Of a DNA stretch of 35,750 nucleotides, positions 9,855 to 18,929 are shown in pieces (position 1 is the first letter of the stretch; every line of letters begins with the position of its first letter). The DNA lies in IMG/VR virus record IMGVR_UViG_2698536335_000014, positions 1 to 35,750 of that record; one strand, 5' to 3'. The translations under genes were made by a program, and so were the position numbers. The DNA is from a virus (Duplodnaviria > Heunggongvirae > Uroviricota > Caudoviricetes). The notes under the pieces were generated by a model. The model did not search any database, was not told where the DNA came from, and saw nothing but the letters and a program-made list of their open reading frames with translations.

Positions 9855-10427
9855 ATGATCATGCTTATTGGCTATGTACGCGTGTCAACAAATGACCAGA
9901 ACACCGATTTGCAACGCAATGCACTGAACTGTGCGGGATGTGAGCGGATTTTTGAGGATAAAATCAGTGGCACCAAGTCCGACAGACCGGGGCTGAAAAA
10001 GCTGCTCAGGACACTATCGGCAGGAGACACGCTGGTTGTCTGGAAGCTGGACAGACTGGGGCGCAGTATGCGGCATCTTGTTACGCTGATAGAAGAGCTG
10101 CGCCAGCGTGGCGTGAATTTCCGAAGCCTGACTGACAGTATTGATACCAGCACCCCAATGGGCCGTTTCTTTTTTCATGTCATGGGTGCCCTGGCTGAAA
10201 TGGAACGCGAACTGATAGTTGAACGTACCAGGGCGGGGCTGGCTGCAGCTCGTGCTAAGGGCAGAGTAGGTGGACGCCGTCCTAAGTTGACCAGCGAACA
10301 GTGGGCACAGATTGGGCGTTTACTCGAGGCCGGAGAATCAAGACAGCGTATTGCACTGATTTTTGATGTAGGCGTTTCTACCATTTATCGAAAATTTCCG
10401 GCAAATAAGAGCAATAAATCTCCCTGA
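9855..10427 (+). CDS. serine DNA invertase, copy 2 (protein identical to copy 1)
   Basis: 190-aa product identical to the 7290-7862 ORF; lies in the inverted duplication. Confidence 0.85.
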   Translation: MIMLIGYVRVSTNDQNTDLQRNALNCAGCERIFEDKISGTKSDRPGLKKLLRTLSAGDTLVVWKLDRLGRSMRHLVTLIEELRQRGVNFRSLTDSIDTSTPMGRFFFHVMGALAEMERELIVERTRAGLAAARAKGRVGGRRPKLTSEQWAQIGRLLEAGESRQRIALIFDVGVSTIYRKFPANKSNKSP

Positions 10428-10569
10428 ATCAGCTTTATTTTGATTATCCCTGAAAGCAGACAAATACCGTCATTTTGTGTGAATAACGGTACAACTGCGC
10501 TTAGCTGTTTGTCAGGCACAATCACTTCAACATAGGGCGAAGCCTAATCCAATCAGGAGGTTCGCCACT

Positions 10570-10691
10570 ATGGCTCAGGATTACCACCACGGGGTGCGCG
10601 TTGTTGAAGTCAACGAAGGCACTCGATCCATTACCACGGTGAGCACCGCCATCGTGGGTATGGTCTGCACGGGCGATGATGCCGATGCAAA
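10570..10691 (+). pseudogene. duplicated 5' fragment of FI (first ~40 codons, [17 protein letters not shown]...), truncated
   Basis: Exact inverted copy of the FI start region; ends at a breakpoint at 10691/10692. Confidence 0.75.
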
Positions 10692-10979
10692 CGGAGCTGT
10701 GATTTCTTTTGATTCTCCCGTTTCGGTGTTATAGACAACTTCACCGCGATGGTCTGGCACATATTCCCATGAGTTAAAATCTGCAGAACGGCAGATTGCA
10801 TAACCAGCTTTATGTGTAACTGGTGCATCTAAACAAGAACATGCCGGGATACCGACGCCAACCGCAAGATATTCAGTTGATGTGGAAATATATTCCCGCG
10901 TTTCACCATCATAATTATAAATGGTAATGTCTCCCGCTTTTATGGCAATGAGTTCGTTATTTAATACGGCTTTATTCAT
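10581..10979 (-). pseudogene. chimeric ORF: tail fibre assembly protein N-terminal 96 codons fused to antisense of the FI fragment
   Basis: Protein matches U through ..ESKEITAP, then reads through the breakpoint into sequence antisense to FI. Confidence 0.7.
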
Positions 10980-11502
10980 CAGGCAGCTCTCACGATATAA
11001 TTAAAGGCAATGTTACGAGGACGGTTTTCGTTTGCAGTTGGAACAATTCTTGAAGCATCAAGGCCAATCACTTTTGGGTAAACAGCGCCATCTGTTCTTT
11101 CAGTCACCATACTTCTGATTAAGGAGAAATAACTATTGTTCGTTGAGGGATTCAAAGGCACCACTGCCCCCTTAAACGAGCCTACTGATTCCCATATTGA
11201 ATAATTTTCGGTGTTTACAGTCTTGAACTCACCATAGATATTACGTATGGCATCGCCCTGAGCGGATAATATTGCCCTCCCCGTATCCATACCACGTCCG
11301 TCATCCCAGCCACGAATAAACTCACCACGTAAATCAGGCAATTTATTTGTCGGGTAAGCCTTTGCCAGTTCTGGGTATTCTTCAGCAGAAAAAGCTGCTC
11401 CGTTGCATTTTAGCCAGCCTGTTGGCGGAGTGGCTGAGGGCCACGGAACAGGTACGCCAACAGGCAATGCTGAGCCTTCTCCTAAACCAAGGTATGCGAG
11501 AA
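10692..11502. repeat. direct repeat copy 2 (U 5' part + variable segment A of H + site 3 half)
   Basis: Duplicate of 8995-9805. Confidence 0.8.
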
Positions 11503-12538
11503 GACCAGCTACATCCTTTCCACTCAAATTAGTCAGCGTATTGTCCAGCGGTTGTTTACCTGCCAGTGCATTAAGCATTGTCGTGGCAAAGTTCGGGTCA
11601 TTCCCCAGCGCCGCCGCCAGTTCGTTCAGTGTATCCAGTGCCGCAGGTGCAGAACCCACCATTGCCGCAATCGCCGATTTCACAAAAGCCGTAGTGGCAA
11701 TCTGTGTATTGTTGACCGACTGCGCCGCCGTGGGGGCTGTTGGCGTTCCGGTGAGTGCCGGACTCAACAGCGGCGCTTTCAGTGCCAGCGCATTATTAAT
11801 GGTGGTACTGAATTTCGGATCATTGTTAATGGCTACGGCTATTTCTTTCAGCGTGTCCAGCGTGGCTGGCGCACCATTAATAATAGCCGTCAGTGCAGCC
11901 TGAACAAACTCGGTGGTCGCAATCTGCGTGGTGTTATTCCCTGCTGCTGGCGTTGGCGCTTTGGGTGTCCCGGTAAACGTCGGACTTTCTTTGGGTGCAT
12001 ACTGTGAATGCGGGTCCGGTGCGGCAAGATGTTTTGCCATCTGATCATCCGCGTACACCTTCAGCTCCAGTGCCTTGTCATCCACATACTTGCGGGTTGC
12101 CAGCACTACAGCAGGGTCGATTTTCAGGGTGATATTGTCCGTGCTGCTGGTAATCAGCACCATGCGCACGGTCTGAGTGCGCCCGCTACCTTCAGCCAGT
12201 TGCGGCTTATAGCTTTCCGGGCAGTTGCCCACGGCAATCAATGCCCCGGACTCATCAAACAAGCCCACTTCACGTATCCACCAACCGCCCTCGTTTTCAG
12301 GGATCACCTGTTCGGCAATAATCTGACTGCTGTTCTGCGGGTCGATATAGAGCATATTCAGCGCAGCCCGGCGTTTCTCATTTACCAGTGCAGTCTGCTT
12401 TGAGTCTGGCGTTGGCAATACTCCGCCGCCATCGCCGACCGCCATATGGGTAATTTTTAGCGGCACACCGAGCGCGGCGGCGCTGGCAAGTTTCGCCGCG
12501 CCAATATCCGTCAGCAGGGTATAAAATTTTGTGCTCAT
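10979..12538 (-). CDS. H: tail fibre protein gpH (constant N-terminal part fused to variable segment A)
   Basis: 519 aa; N-terminus MSTKFYTLLTDIGAAKLA..MAVGDGGG resembles P2 gpH as I recall it; crossover site 3 lies inside the ORF at the constant/variable junction. Confidence 0.9.
   Translation of the reverse strand: MSTKFYTLLTDIGAAKLASAAALGVPLKITHMAVGDGGGVLPTPDSKQTALVNEKRRAALNMLYIDPQNSSQIIAEQVIPENEGGWWIREVGLFDESGALIAVGNCPESYKPQLAEGSGRTQTVRMVLITSSTDNITLKIDPAVVLATRKYVDDKALELKVYADDQMAKHLAAPDPHSQYAPKESPTFTGTPKAPTPAAGNNTTQIATTEFVQAALTAIINGAPATLDTLKEIAVAINNDPKFSTTINNALALKAPLLSPALTGTPTAPTAAQSVNNTQIATTAFVKSAIAAMVGSAPAALDTLNELAAALGNDPNFATTMLNALAGKQPLDNTLTNLSGKDVAGLLAYLGLGEGSALPVGVPVPWPSATPPTGWLKCNGAAFSAEEYPELAKAYPTNKLPDLRGEFIRGWDDGRGMDTGRAILSAQGDAIRNIYGEFKTVNTENYSIWESVGSFKGAVVPLNPSTNNSYFSLIRSMVTERTDGAVYPKVIGLDASRIVPTANENRPRNIAFNYIVRAA
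11477..11502. other. invertase crossover site 3, inside H at the constant/variable boundary
   Basis: TTCTCCTAAACCAAGGTATGCGAGAA; left half identical to site 2 and in the same orientation. Confidence 0.6.
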
Positions 12539-13140
12539 GGATTCACTCTCATTGTGTCAATAACATGGACCGCCCCGCCTTCATGCGCGGTGCCGCCAGA
12601 AATAATTGTTTCGTTGATATACGGATAGATCGTGATTTCTTCGCCAAGATAGCTGGCGGCCCCCACCCAATGCGGACCGCTGGTCTGCAGATTGATGGAC
12701 ATGCCGATCATGTGACGGCTACATGGTTTGGCATCGCTTATCAGCCGCTCAAGTTCCAGATAGGTATCTTCAGTGATGCCCTGGTCCTGCACGCCGATAT
12801 CCAGGCGAAACGTGCCCGGTGTTTCTCCGGTCTGCCACCACTCAATAATGCGGATCAGGAATCCGAACGGTTCCACCACCCGCCGCACGGCACTGGTAGT
12901 TCCTTTATGCTGATGAATATAAAAAGCATCCTTCACTACCTGGCGTTTGACGCTTTCTGTCCAGCCCTCGTCCCAGCGATCCACAGAGAACGCCCAGGCG
13001 AGATAAGGCAGGAAGCTGACCGGACAGGTAGCCGGATTCCACAAGTCACGCAGCGGCACCTGCAGATCAGAAATCCCGCTACAGGTTTGCGCCAGTCGGC
13101 GCTCCAGTGAAGTTGAACCCGGTGGCAGCAGACTATTCAT
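12535..13140 (-). CDS. I: baseplate protein gpI
   Basis: 201 aa, ATG start, overlaps H start; P2 gpI-like. Confidence 0.85.
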   Translation of the reverse strand: MNSLLPPGSTSLERRLAQTCSGISDLQVPLRDLWNPATCPVSFLPYLAWAFSVDRWDEGWTESVKRQVVKDAFYIHQHKGTTSAVRRVVEPFGFLIRIIEWWQTGETPGTFRLDIGVQDQGITEDTYLELERLISDAKPCSRHMIGMSINLQTSGPHWVGAASYLGEEITIYPYINETIISGGTAHEGGAVHVIDTMRVNP

Positions 13141-14041
13141 CCGTTCCTCCGTTGGTTACGCTCCACTGCGTACATGATGCCGCCTGTGTTTTGTTCAGGA
13201 CCACATCCGCCAGCGGAGAAGCCAGTTCCACACGTTGAACACCCTCAACATGCAGAGCAGCAAAGATGGCGCTACGGCGAATATCCCGACCAAGCCTCGT
13301 CTGGCTGGCAATGTACTTCTGCAGACTGGCTTTTGCCGCTGCCATTACCGGCTCTGCTTCCGGTCCCGGATAGAGAAAAATGGTGGCTTCCACGCGATAC
13401 GGGATGATTTCTGCGCTGCGAACCGTAAGACGGTCAGCCACCGGGCGGACGTTCTCACTGTTCAGAGCTTTTTCCACCACGTCCAGCAGGTCTTTTTCTG
13501 CAGTTCCATCGCCTTCGCGGCTAAGGACAGTCAGCACCACCTCTGCAGGTGCCGGGCTGGTTGCACTGGCATCCGCTACCCGACCGTCGGCGCTTCGGGC
13601 ATGAAATTCATAAGCTGCAGTTGGCCCCGCAACAGAAAGCCCTTCAAAGGCTGCAGGCACACGCAGGCGTAACGCTTCATCGCTTTCCATCACAGCTGCA
13701 ACGGGCGGCACAGCATCATTATCAGCAGGCGTCACCGTCAGGCGTGTCACGTTGTAGTTGGCAGCGAGCTGGTCAAGATCGCCGCCCATCGCGTAAGCCA
13801 CCATCACCGCCTGCGCGGCTTCGTTAATGCGCTGGCGCAGAAGCAACTCACGGTAAGCGTTCTCCTGCAACAATTTAGTGACGGGTTCAGATTCCAGTTC
13901 CAGCGTGCGGATCACGGCTTCCTGCTCATCTTTCGGATGAAGTGCAACAAATTGGGCCTTGCGTTCGGCAAGCAGCGTCTCAAAGTCCGGCACATCCACA
14001 ATCTGCGGTGCAGGCAACTGCGAAAGGTCAATCACTGCCAT
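13133..14041 (-). CDS. J: baseplate protein gpJ
   Basis: Start placed at the ATG at 14041 (MAVIDLSQLPAP..), which fits the P2 gpJ N-terminus as I recall it; the track ORF extends to an upstream non-ATG codon. Confidence 0.85.
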   Translation of the reverse strand: MAVIDLSQLPAPQIVDVPDFETLLAERKAQFVALHPKDEQEAVIRTLELESEPVTKLLQENAYRELLLRQRINEAAQAVMVAYAMGGDLDQLAANYNVTRLTVTPADNDAVPPVAAVMESDEALRLRVPAAFEGLSVAGPTAAYEFHARSADGRVADASATSPAPAEVVLTVLSREGDGTAEKDLLDVVEKALNSENVRPVADRLTVRSAEIIPYRVEATIFLYPGPEAEPVMAAAKASLQKYIASQTRLGRDIRRSAIFAALHVEGVQRVELASPLADVVLNKTQAASCTQWSVTNGGTDE

Positions 14042-14387
14042 TCTCTGCTCCTGTTGATACGGAAAGGGACACAGGCACACCGTTATTCCGCCGCCCGTTC
14101 AGCGCCACCACCATTGAACCGTCAAAATTGCTGTTAATGGTGATGGAATCCAGCGTCAGCCGTGGCTCCCAGCGACTCAGCGCCACATACACTGCCGACA
14201 TGACCTGCAGGCGTAACGCCGGATTTTGTGGCTGGTCTATCAGTGCCGACAGCAGGGAACCATATTCACGGCGAGCAATGCGGCTACCCTGCGGCGTCAG
14301 CAGAATGTCCCGCACCGACTGGCGCAGATGGTCAATATCAGTAATGGCTTTGCCGCTGGTATTGTTCATCCCACTATAAAGCGTCAT
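14028..14387 (-). CDS. W: baseplate protein gpW
   Basis: 119 aa, ATG start, between V and J. Confidence 0.8.
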   Translation of the reverse strand: MTLYSGMNNTSGKAITDIDHLRQSVRDILLTPQGSRIARREYGSLLSALIDQPQNPALRLQVMSAVYVALSRWEPRLTLDSITINSNFDGSMVVALNGRRNNGVPVSLSVSTGAENGSD

Positions 14388-14962
14388 ACCGGGCCTCCGG
14401 TTGTATCGCCGCCTTTCAGGACGCCAGTATGCTGATGCGCATCAACCACGATCCCGTTAGAACTCATCGCTCCGCCGCCCTGGGTAACTCCACCATTGAT
14501 CACCACTTCGCTGTTAATGCGCGTGCGGTCAGCCTCCAGTACAAACTCACTGGTTTTCAGGGTGATGTTGTCAGCGGCCTCAATGACCATTGATTTGATG
14601 CCCCTGACATACCAGCGCCCGGTGGCGGGTTCGTATTCAAACCAGCCACCGTCAGGATGTTCTGTCACGCAGGCGTCCGCCGACGTCGACGGTGGTGCGA
14701 ACTGATTCGAATAGACAGCGGGCAGCGCAAAGGCGGTCTCCAGATTGCCGCCCAGACTCAGCAGCACCACCTGCTCACCTTCCGATGGTTTCCACCATGT
14801 GCGGGCATTACCCGCGCGCAGCGTCAGCCAGTTAATCCAGTTGGTTTCAAGGTCGCCCGTTTTCACCCGACAAAGCCAGTTTTCCCGGTCCACTTCGGTG
14901 ACTACCCCAGTGCGGATCAGGTTGGTGATAAGGCGCATGATTTCGGTTAATTGTGCGTTCAT
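14384..14962 (-). CDS. V: baseplate spike/hub protein gpV
   Basis: 192 aa, ATG start; N-terminus resembles P2 gpV. Confidence 0.85.
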   Translation of the reverse strand: MNAQLTEIMRLITNLIRTGVVTEVDRENWLCRVKTGDLETNWINWLTLRAGNARTWWKPSEGEQVVLLSLGGNLETAFALPAVYSNQFAPPSTSADACVTEHPDGGWFEYEPATGRWYVRGIKSMVIEAADNITLKTSEFVLEADRTRINSEVVINGGVTQGGGAMSSNGIVVDAHQHTGVLKGGDTTGGPV

Positions 14963-15008
14963 AGGGAAAGGTTGCCATCAGGGGAAGAAAGGCGGCAGTG
15001 CTGCAACT

Positions 15009-15026
15009 TGTATCAGTGCTGATACA
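15009..15026 (-). promoter_or_regulatory. candidate Ogr-dependent late promoter element upstream of V (TGT-N12-ACA)
   Basis: TGTATCAGTGCTGATACA, a perfect dyad, between the S stop and the V start. Confidence 0.4.
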
Positions 15027-15030
15027 AAGA

Positions 15031-15477
15031 TCACCCCGCCAGCCATTGCAGAATCATGTCGCGGGTCATTGCCTCAACATCATCATTTACACCCAGCAGG
15101 CGGCGCTCTGCGTAACGGACCTCCGGTCCTTTGCGACTGACGCGATCACGCAGGCCGTAATGGTGAACACGGGCAATACGCTGCACCTTGCCTTCAAACT
15201 GTACGCTGGCAGAGTCGGCGCTGGCGGCAGTTTTCAGGTATTTTGTGGTGCGCAGCTTTGCAAACATCTGACGTTTGATGCGCCCCTTCTTGCTGCGTAC
15301 TGTTACCCTGCGCGGTTCATAACTGCTGCCATCAGGATTGCGCTGCATCCTGATATTCAGCTGCTGTGTCCGGCGCAGTTCCTGCGCCAGCTGGCGCATC
15401 ATGCGGCTTCTGGCGGCTGGTTCCAGATTCGCCAGCAAGGCACTCAACCAGTCGTCCACCTTCTGCAATTCAGCCAC
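15031..15477 (-). CDS. S: tail completion protein gpS
   Basis: 148 aa; listed start is GTG at 15477 overlapping the R stop; no nearby ATG, so the start is uncertain. Confidence 0.8.
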   Translation of the reverse strand: MAELQKVDDWLSALLANLEPAARSRMMRQLAQELRRTQQLNIRMQRNPDGSSYEPRRVTVRSKKGRIKRQMFAKLRTTKYLKTAASADSASVQFEGKVQRIARVHHYGLRDRVSRKGPEVRYAERRLLGVNDDVEAMTRDMILQWLAG

Positions 15478-15901
15478 GTTTCACCGTCCACATTTCTTCA
15501 GGTTCATCAGGTTCCGCTACCGCTTCAACGTTCGACACACTGCCGTCAGTGCTGACCAGCACACGCTCTGTCAGTTGCAGGTTAAGGCTGATATCACAGA
15601 CATCGTTGCGCAGAATATCCACCTCAAAGGTGAATAACTTTTCCCGTAACTCCGGGTTATTGATGGCATCGGGCTGGTTATCCCGCAACCACAGCAAAAC
15701 CGGGGCCATCAGCAGATTCTGGTCGCCGCTGAAATCCTCAATCACTGCGTTCAGGGTGTAACGGTACTCCCATGACATGGAGCTGGCCCCCGTGGCAACC
15801 AGCGAACCGTTATCCACAAACAGATGCAGTTTGTCCGGGTTATTGCGGACATAAGGCACCGCTTTATTGAGGGCGTGGCGCAGGGATTGTGGTTTGTTCA
15901 C
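15470..15901 (-). CDS. R: tail completion protein gpR
   Basis: Track ORF begins at TTG 15922; likelier start is the GTG at 15901 preceded by SD aggag, giving an N-terminus aligned with P2 gpR. Confidence 0.8.
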   Translation of the reverse strand: MNKPQSLRHALNKAVPYVRNNPDKLHLFVDNGSLVATGASSMSWEYRYTLNAVIEDFSGDQNLLMAPVLLWLRDNQPDAINNPELREKLFTFEVDILRNDVCDISLNLQLTERVLVSTDGSVSNVEAVAEPDEPEEMWTVKRG

Positions 15902-16154
15902 TGTTTCGCTCCTGACACGCAATAATCATGTCCACTTTGTCTGCACAGACCGCCCAGGCGGCCTCCGTTTCATCCAGCAATGCGTTCAGATCACCGTTAG
16001 TGCGCGGCGCTGTCTGATCCAGCCGACACGGCGTCACTCGCGGACAACCACTGACGGTAAGCTGCACCTCCGGTGAGTGCCGGACGTTCCCGCAGCCGGA
16101 TAATGTCAGCAGGCAAAGGAGTATCAGCCCAGCGGCGTAAATCCTCGTTCTCAC
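15864..16154 (-). CDS. lysC: outer-membrane spanin lipoprotein (LysC/Rz1-like)
   Basis: N-terminal signal peptide with lipobox LTLSGC; GTG start with SD gagga; begins inside the 3' part of lysB in another frame and extends into R. Confidence 0.7.
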   Translation of the reverse strand: MRTRIYAAGLILLCLLTLSGCGNVRHSPEVQLTVSGCPRVTPCRLDQTAPRTNGDLNALLDETEAAWAVCADKVDMIIACQERNSEQTTIPAPRPQ

Positions 16155-16425
16155 GTTTCAGTTCCTCGATCCGGCGTTGTCGTTGTCTCAGCTGTGCGCT
16201 GGTCTGTTCTGCTTCGGCATAGAGCCGCGCCTGCTCCCGGTTATTGGTTTCAGTCAGAATGGACAGGCTGATAAGCTGGCTGTTGCTCTTTGCCAGTGCC
16301 TGGCTTTTGCTCTGCAGCTCGTCTGCCTGCGTGCTGATGGTCTGGCTGGCATCAGCCAGCCGCCACGTCTGCCAGCCCAGCGCCGCCAGTAATAACGCCA
16401 GCACAACCAGCAGCAACCGGTTCAT
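15997..16425 (-). CDS. lysB: inner-membrane spanin (LysB/Rz-like)
   Basis: 142 aa; N-terminal transmembrane helix followed by a charged coiled coil; ATG start. Confidence 0.75.
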   Translation of the reverse strand: MNRLLLVVLALLLAALGWQTWRLADASQTISTQADELQSKSQALAKSNSQLISLSILTETNNREQARLYAEAEQTSAQLRQRQRRIEELKRENEDLRRWADTPLPADIIRLRERPALTGGAAYRQWLSASDAVSAGSDSAAH

Positions 16426-16799
16426 GCTGCTACCTGTTGCGCCATCTGATTACGGGTGATCCAGAAGGCAATAACGGTCAGTAGATAAAAGACCAGGGTA
16501 ATAGCCCACCCCGTCCAGGCGAGACTTACAACAATCAGCAATCGCATCACCCAACTGGTAAATACGTTTTCTTTTCGGGTAATTGTCTTCAGCAAAGATG
16601 CCCTTAACTCCTGCCAGAGCGGGCCATTCTTAATTAACGCAGCCAGTGCTACCGGAATTACCGCCCATGTCAGCAAACAGGCTACCCAAACGCCGGACGC
16701 TGCCAGTACCGGAAAAATCCCCTGCGGATACACTATTGCTGCGATTAACAGCGCCATCCATAACATCAGAAACAGTCCGCTGATTAATTTCTTTTTCAT
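16422..16799 (-). CDS. lysA: lysis accessory membrane protein (LysA-like)
   Basis: Start placed at ATG 16799 (MKKKLISG..), 1 nt after the endolysin stop, with SD gggag; multiple hydrophobic helices. Confidence 0.6.
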   Translation of the reverse strand: MKKKLISGLFLMLWMALLIAAIVYPQGIFPVLAASGVWVACLLTWAVIPVALAALIKNGPLWQELRASLLKTITRKENVFTSWVMRLLIVVSLAWTGWAITLVFYLLTVIAFWITRNQMAQQVAA

Positions 16800-16800
16800 T

Positions 16801-17313
16801 TCAGTTTGCTCCCTGTAAGCACCAGGCCATCTCCCGCGCACGGCGGTTATCCAGCCCCTGATTAAAAACACCTTTCACATAAACCCAGCGCGGCAACTGT
16901 CGGCACGCATCTGCCCAGCGCCGCTGATTGAGTAATTTCACCAGCGTGGAACTGCAGGCATTGCCCGTTCCCACGTTGAAGGCAAACGACACCGCAGCGT
17001 CATACACCTTCTGCGGCGGCTGTTGCTTCACACACCTTTCCAGCGCCCGCTCCACACGCAGCACGTTGGAGATCAGCCCTTCTGCTGCCTGTCGCTCCGT
17101 AATGGTTTTGCCGGGAATGACGCCTGACGTATTACCAATGCCGTCGGTCCAGACACCCGCGCTGCACTGATACGGCTGCAGACGACAACCTTCGTAATCG
17201 GCAATCAGTTTCAGCCCCTCCACGGAGGTGTGAAGCTGCTGAAAACCCGGCAGCGTGGCAGCAATAGCCAGCACGGCCCCGACAAGGCAGCGTTTAACGA
17301 TTGATGGATTCAT
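16801..17313 (-). CDS. endolysin, lysozyme type with N-terminal signal-anchor (SAR-like) segment
   Basis: 170 aa; hydrophobic N-terminus (LVGAVLAIAATL), then a YEGCRL..TDGIGNT lysozyme-like core; ATG with SD gggagg. Confidence 0.8.
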   Translation of the reverse strand: MNPSIVKRCLVGAVLAIAATLPGFQQLHTSVEGLKLIADYEGCRLQPYQCSAGVWTDGIGNTSGVIPGKTITERQAAEGLISNVLRVERALERCVKQQPPQKVYDAAVSFAFNVGTGNACSSTLVKLLNQRRWADACRQLPRWVYVKGVFNQGLDNRRAREMAWCLQGAN

Positions 17314-17509
17314 AGTCCTCCCGCGAGATCTGCCCGTCGCGCAGAAGCTGGTAGGCTTTGTGTTTGTAGTACCAGTTGATAGCCAGCATCAGCACACCAA
17401 TCATCAGGCCGCCCAGCGTTGAGGCATCCTTGATGGACAAATCGCCCAGCCAGGCCAGCACGACGGCGATGCAATACGTGATAAAGGCGCTGATTCGCTC
17501 AAGCGTCAT
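17294..17509 (-). CDS. putative holin
   Basis: 71 aa, two predicted transmembrane helices, charged C-terminus, immediately upstream of the endolysin. Confidence 0.6.
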   Translation of the reverse strand: MTLERISAFITYCIAVVLAWLGDLSIKDASTLGGLMIGVLMLAINWYYKHKAYQLLRDGQISREDYESINR

Positions 17510-17512
17510 AAT

Positions 17513-17716
17513 TCAGTCCCATAGCTGGACGGTCTGCACGGTGGTGGTGGTCGGAATGTCCGGCAGCTCCACCTGCAGCCCGTGAGGTAAAAAGGGGCCG
17601 TATTCGGCAAGCCCCGGATTTGCCTTCAGTACCTGCTCCGTGACACCCTGCGTGCGCCCGTAATGACGCCAGCAAAGCGCGTCCACCGTGTCATACTGAT
17701 GCGCACGCACTTTCAT
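17513..17716 (-). CDS. X: tail protein gpX
   Basis: 67 aa; sequence resembles P2 gpX as I recall it; ATG start overlapping the L stop. Confidence 0.85.
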   Translation of the reverse strand: MKVRAHQYDTVDALCWRHYGRTQGVTEQVLKANPGLAEYGPFLPHGLQVELPDIPTTTTVQTVQLWD

Positions 17717-18180
17717 CAGATAAGCTCCACTGTGCAGTGCGGCGCATCCTGCACCCGGCTGATGGCCCAGCGGGCGTCACGCCACAAATCACCGCTGGCT
17801 TCTGCCAGTTCTTCGCCCCGCTTCACACCGGATGCCGTGGCGTCATAGTCCTGGTATCGTTCGTTGAGCATGGCGCGTGCCCAGCAGTAAACCGCGTTGA
17901 AATAGTGCTGAATGCGCTCACTTTTGCCGTCCAGCTGCTCCGCCGGAACCTCAGCCAGCGAGGCATATCCCAGCATCTGCTGGCGTCTGCGAAACTCATA
18001 CAGCTCTGCGTTGACCTCTGAAATTGCCGACAGCGCAACCTGCTTTAAACGCGGCTGCGTCACCGTGCCGTCAGTGCGCATGACACTGCGAAACTCCGAC
18101 AGGTCCACATCAGGCCAGAACGGCGTGTTTCTGATGATTTCCGCTTGTTCCGGTGCCTGTTCTGGCGCAACAAACTTCAT
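17716..18180 (-). CDS. L: capsid completion protein gpL
   Basis: Start placed at ATG 18180 with SD aggaga (track ORF starts at an upstream GTG); C-terminus ..RCTVELI matches the P2 gpL end as I recall it. Confidence 0.8.
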   Translation of the reverse strand: MKFVAPEQAPEQAEIIRNTPFWPDVDLSEFRSVMRTDGTVTQPRLKQVALSAISEVNAELYEFRRRQQMLGYASLAEVPAEQLDGKSERIQHYFNAVYCWARAMLNERYQDYDATASGVKRGEELAEASGDLWRDARWAISRVQDAPHCTVELI

Positions 18181-18275
18181 GCTGCTTTCTCCTGAAATAA
18201 AGGGCGGTGGACGGGGTTTTGATGTGGCAGTGCCTTTCGCCACCCCGTGCCGCCCGTGCGCGGGGGCACGTTCTG

Positions 18276-18926
18276 TCAGCGGCTGTCATTGCGCAGTCTG
18301 CGCTCCAGCTGCTGTTTGTCTTTTTTCACGCCACAGCGGGGATCGAGCTGTAACGCATGGTTGAGATGATTAAGGGCGGAAGCCGGATTTCTTTCACTCA
18401 GGACAGCGCCAATCGCTTTATGCAGACGTGCCCGTGACTGGTCCGGCATATCCAGACCGTCTGTCAGCTCCAGCGTCTGCAGCAACAGATCAGCATCAAA
18501 GCCGGTGGCGGCAAGCATTGCGCTCTGCGCCGCGTCTGCCATTTCCTCAGCCAGCACGGTCTGCACGTTGCGGTTACCCAACGGCATCACCCAGCCATGA
18601 CGCAGGGCGTGACGCCCGATCTCCAGCGCCCCGGCATAATCTCCGGCATCAATGCGCCACAGCATCACGTACATCAGCACGTCATCCTGTTGAGCGCCTC
18701 CGCCAGCCAGGACACCCTCTGCCCAGGCGGCGTATTTCGGCAGCAGTTCCACCTTGATTTCCGCTTTTTTGACCGTGGACTGAACGCCCTTGAGACGGCG
18801 GCGGTCTTCCGCCAGTTGCAGCAGCATCAGGTCATAGCCCGACGCGTGGCGAACGCTGCCGCCTTCACGGGCGGCCTGTTCAGCCTGAACGCGCAGGCGA
18901 TGCTGCCGTGCGGGACTCAGGCTCAT
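18276..18926 (-). CDS. M: terminase small/endonuclease subunit gpM
   Basis: 216 aa, ATG start, P2 gpM-like by position and sequence. Confidence 0.8.
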   Translation of the reverse strand: MSLSPARQHRLRVQAEQAAREGGSVRHASGYDLMLLQLAEDRRRLKGVQSTVKKAEIKVELLPKYAAWAEGVLAGGGAQQDDVLMYVMLWRIDAGDYAGALEIGRHALRHGWVMPLGNRNVQTVLAEEMADAAQSAMLAATGFDADLLLQTLELTDGLDMPDQSRARLHKAIGAVLSERNPASALNHLNHALQLDPRCGVKKDKQQLERRLRNDSR

Positions 18927-18929
18927 GGG

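Larger units (their letters stand above)
9780..10692. repeat. right arm of the 913-bp inverted repeat
   Basis: Reverse complement of 7025-7937. Confidence 0.85.

Noticed and set aside
11403-12403. Plus-strand ORFs of 166, 151 and 131 aa inside tail fibre gene H
   Set aside because: Antisense to H; Ala/Ser/Cys/Arg-rich low-complexity translations.
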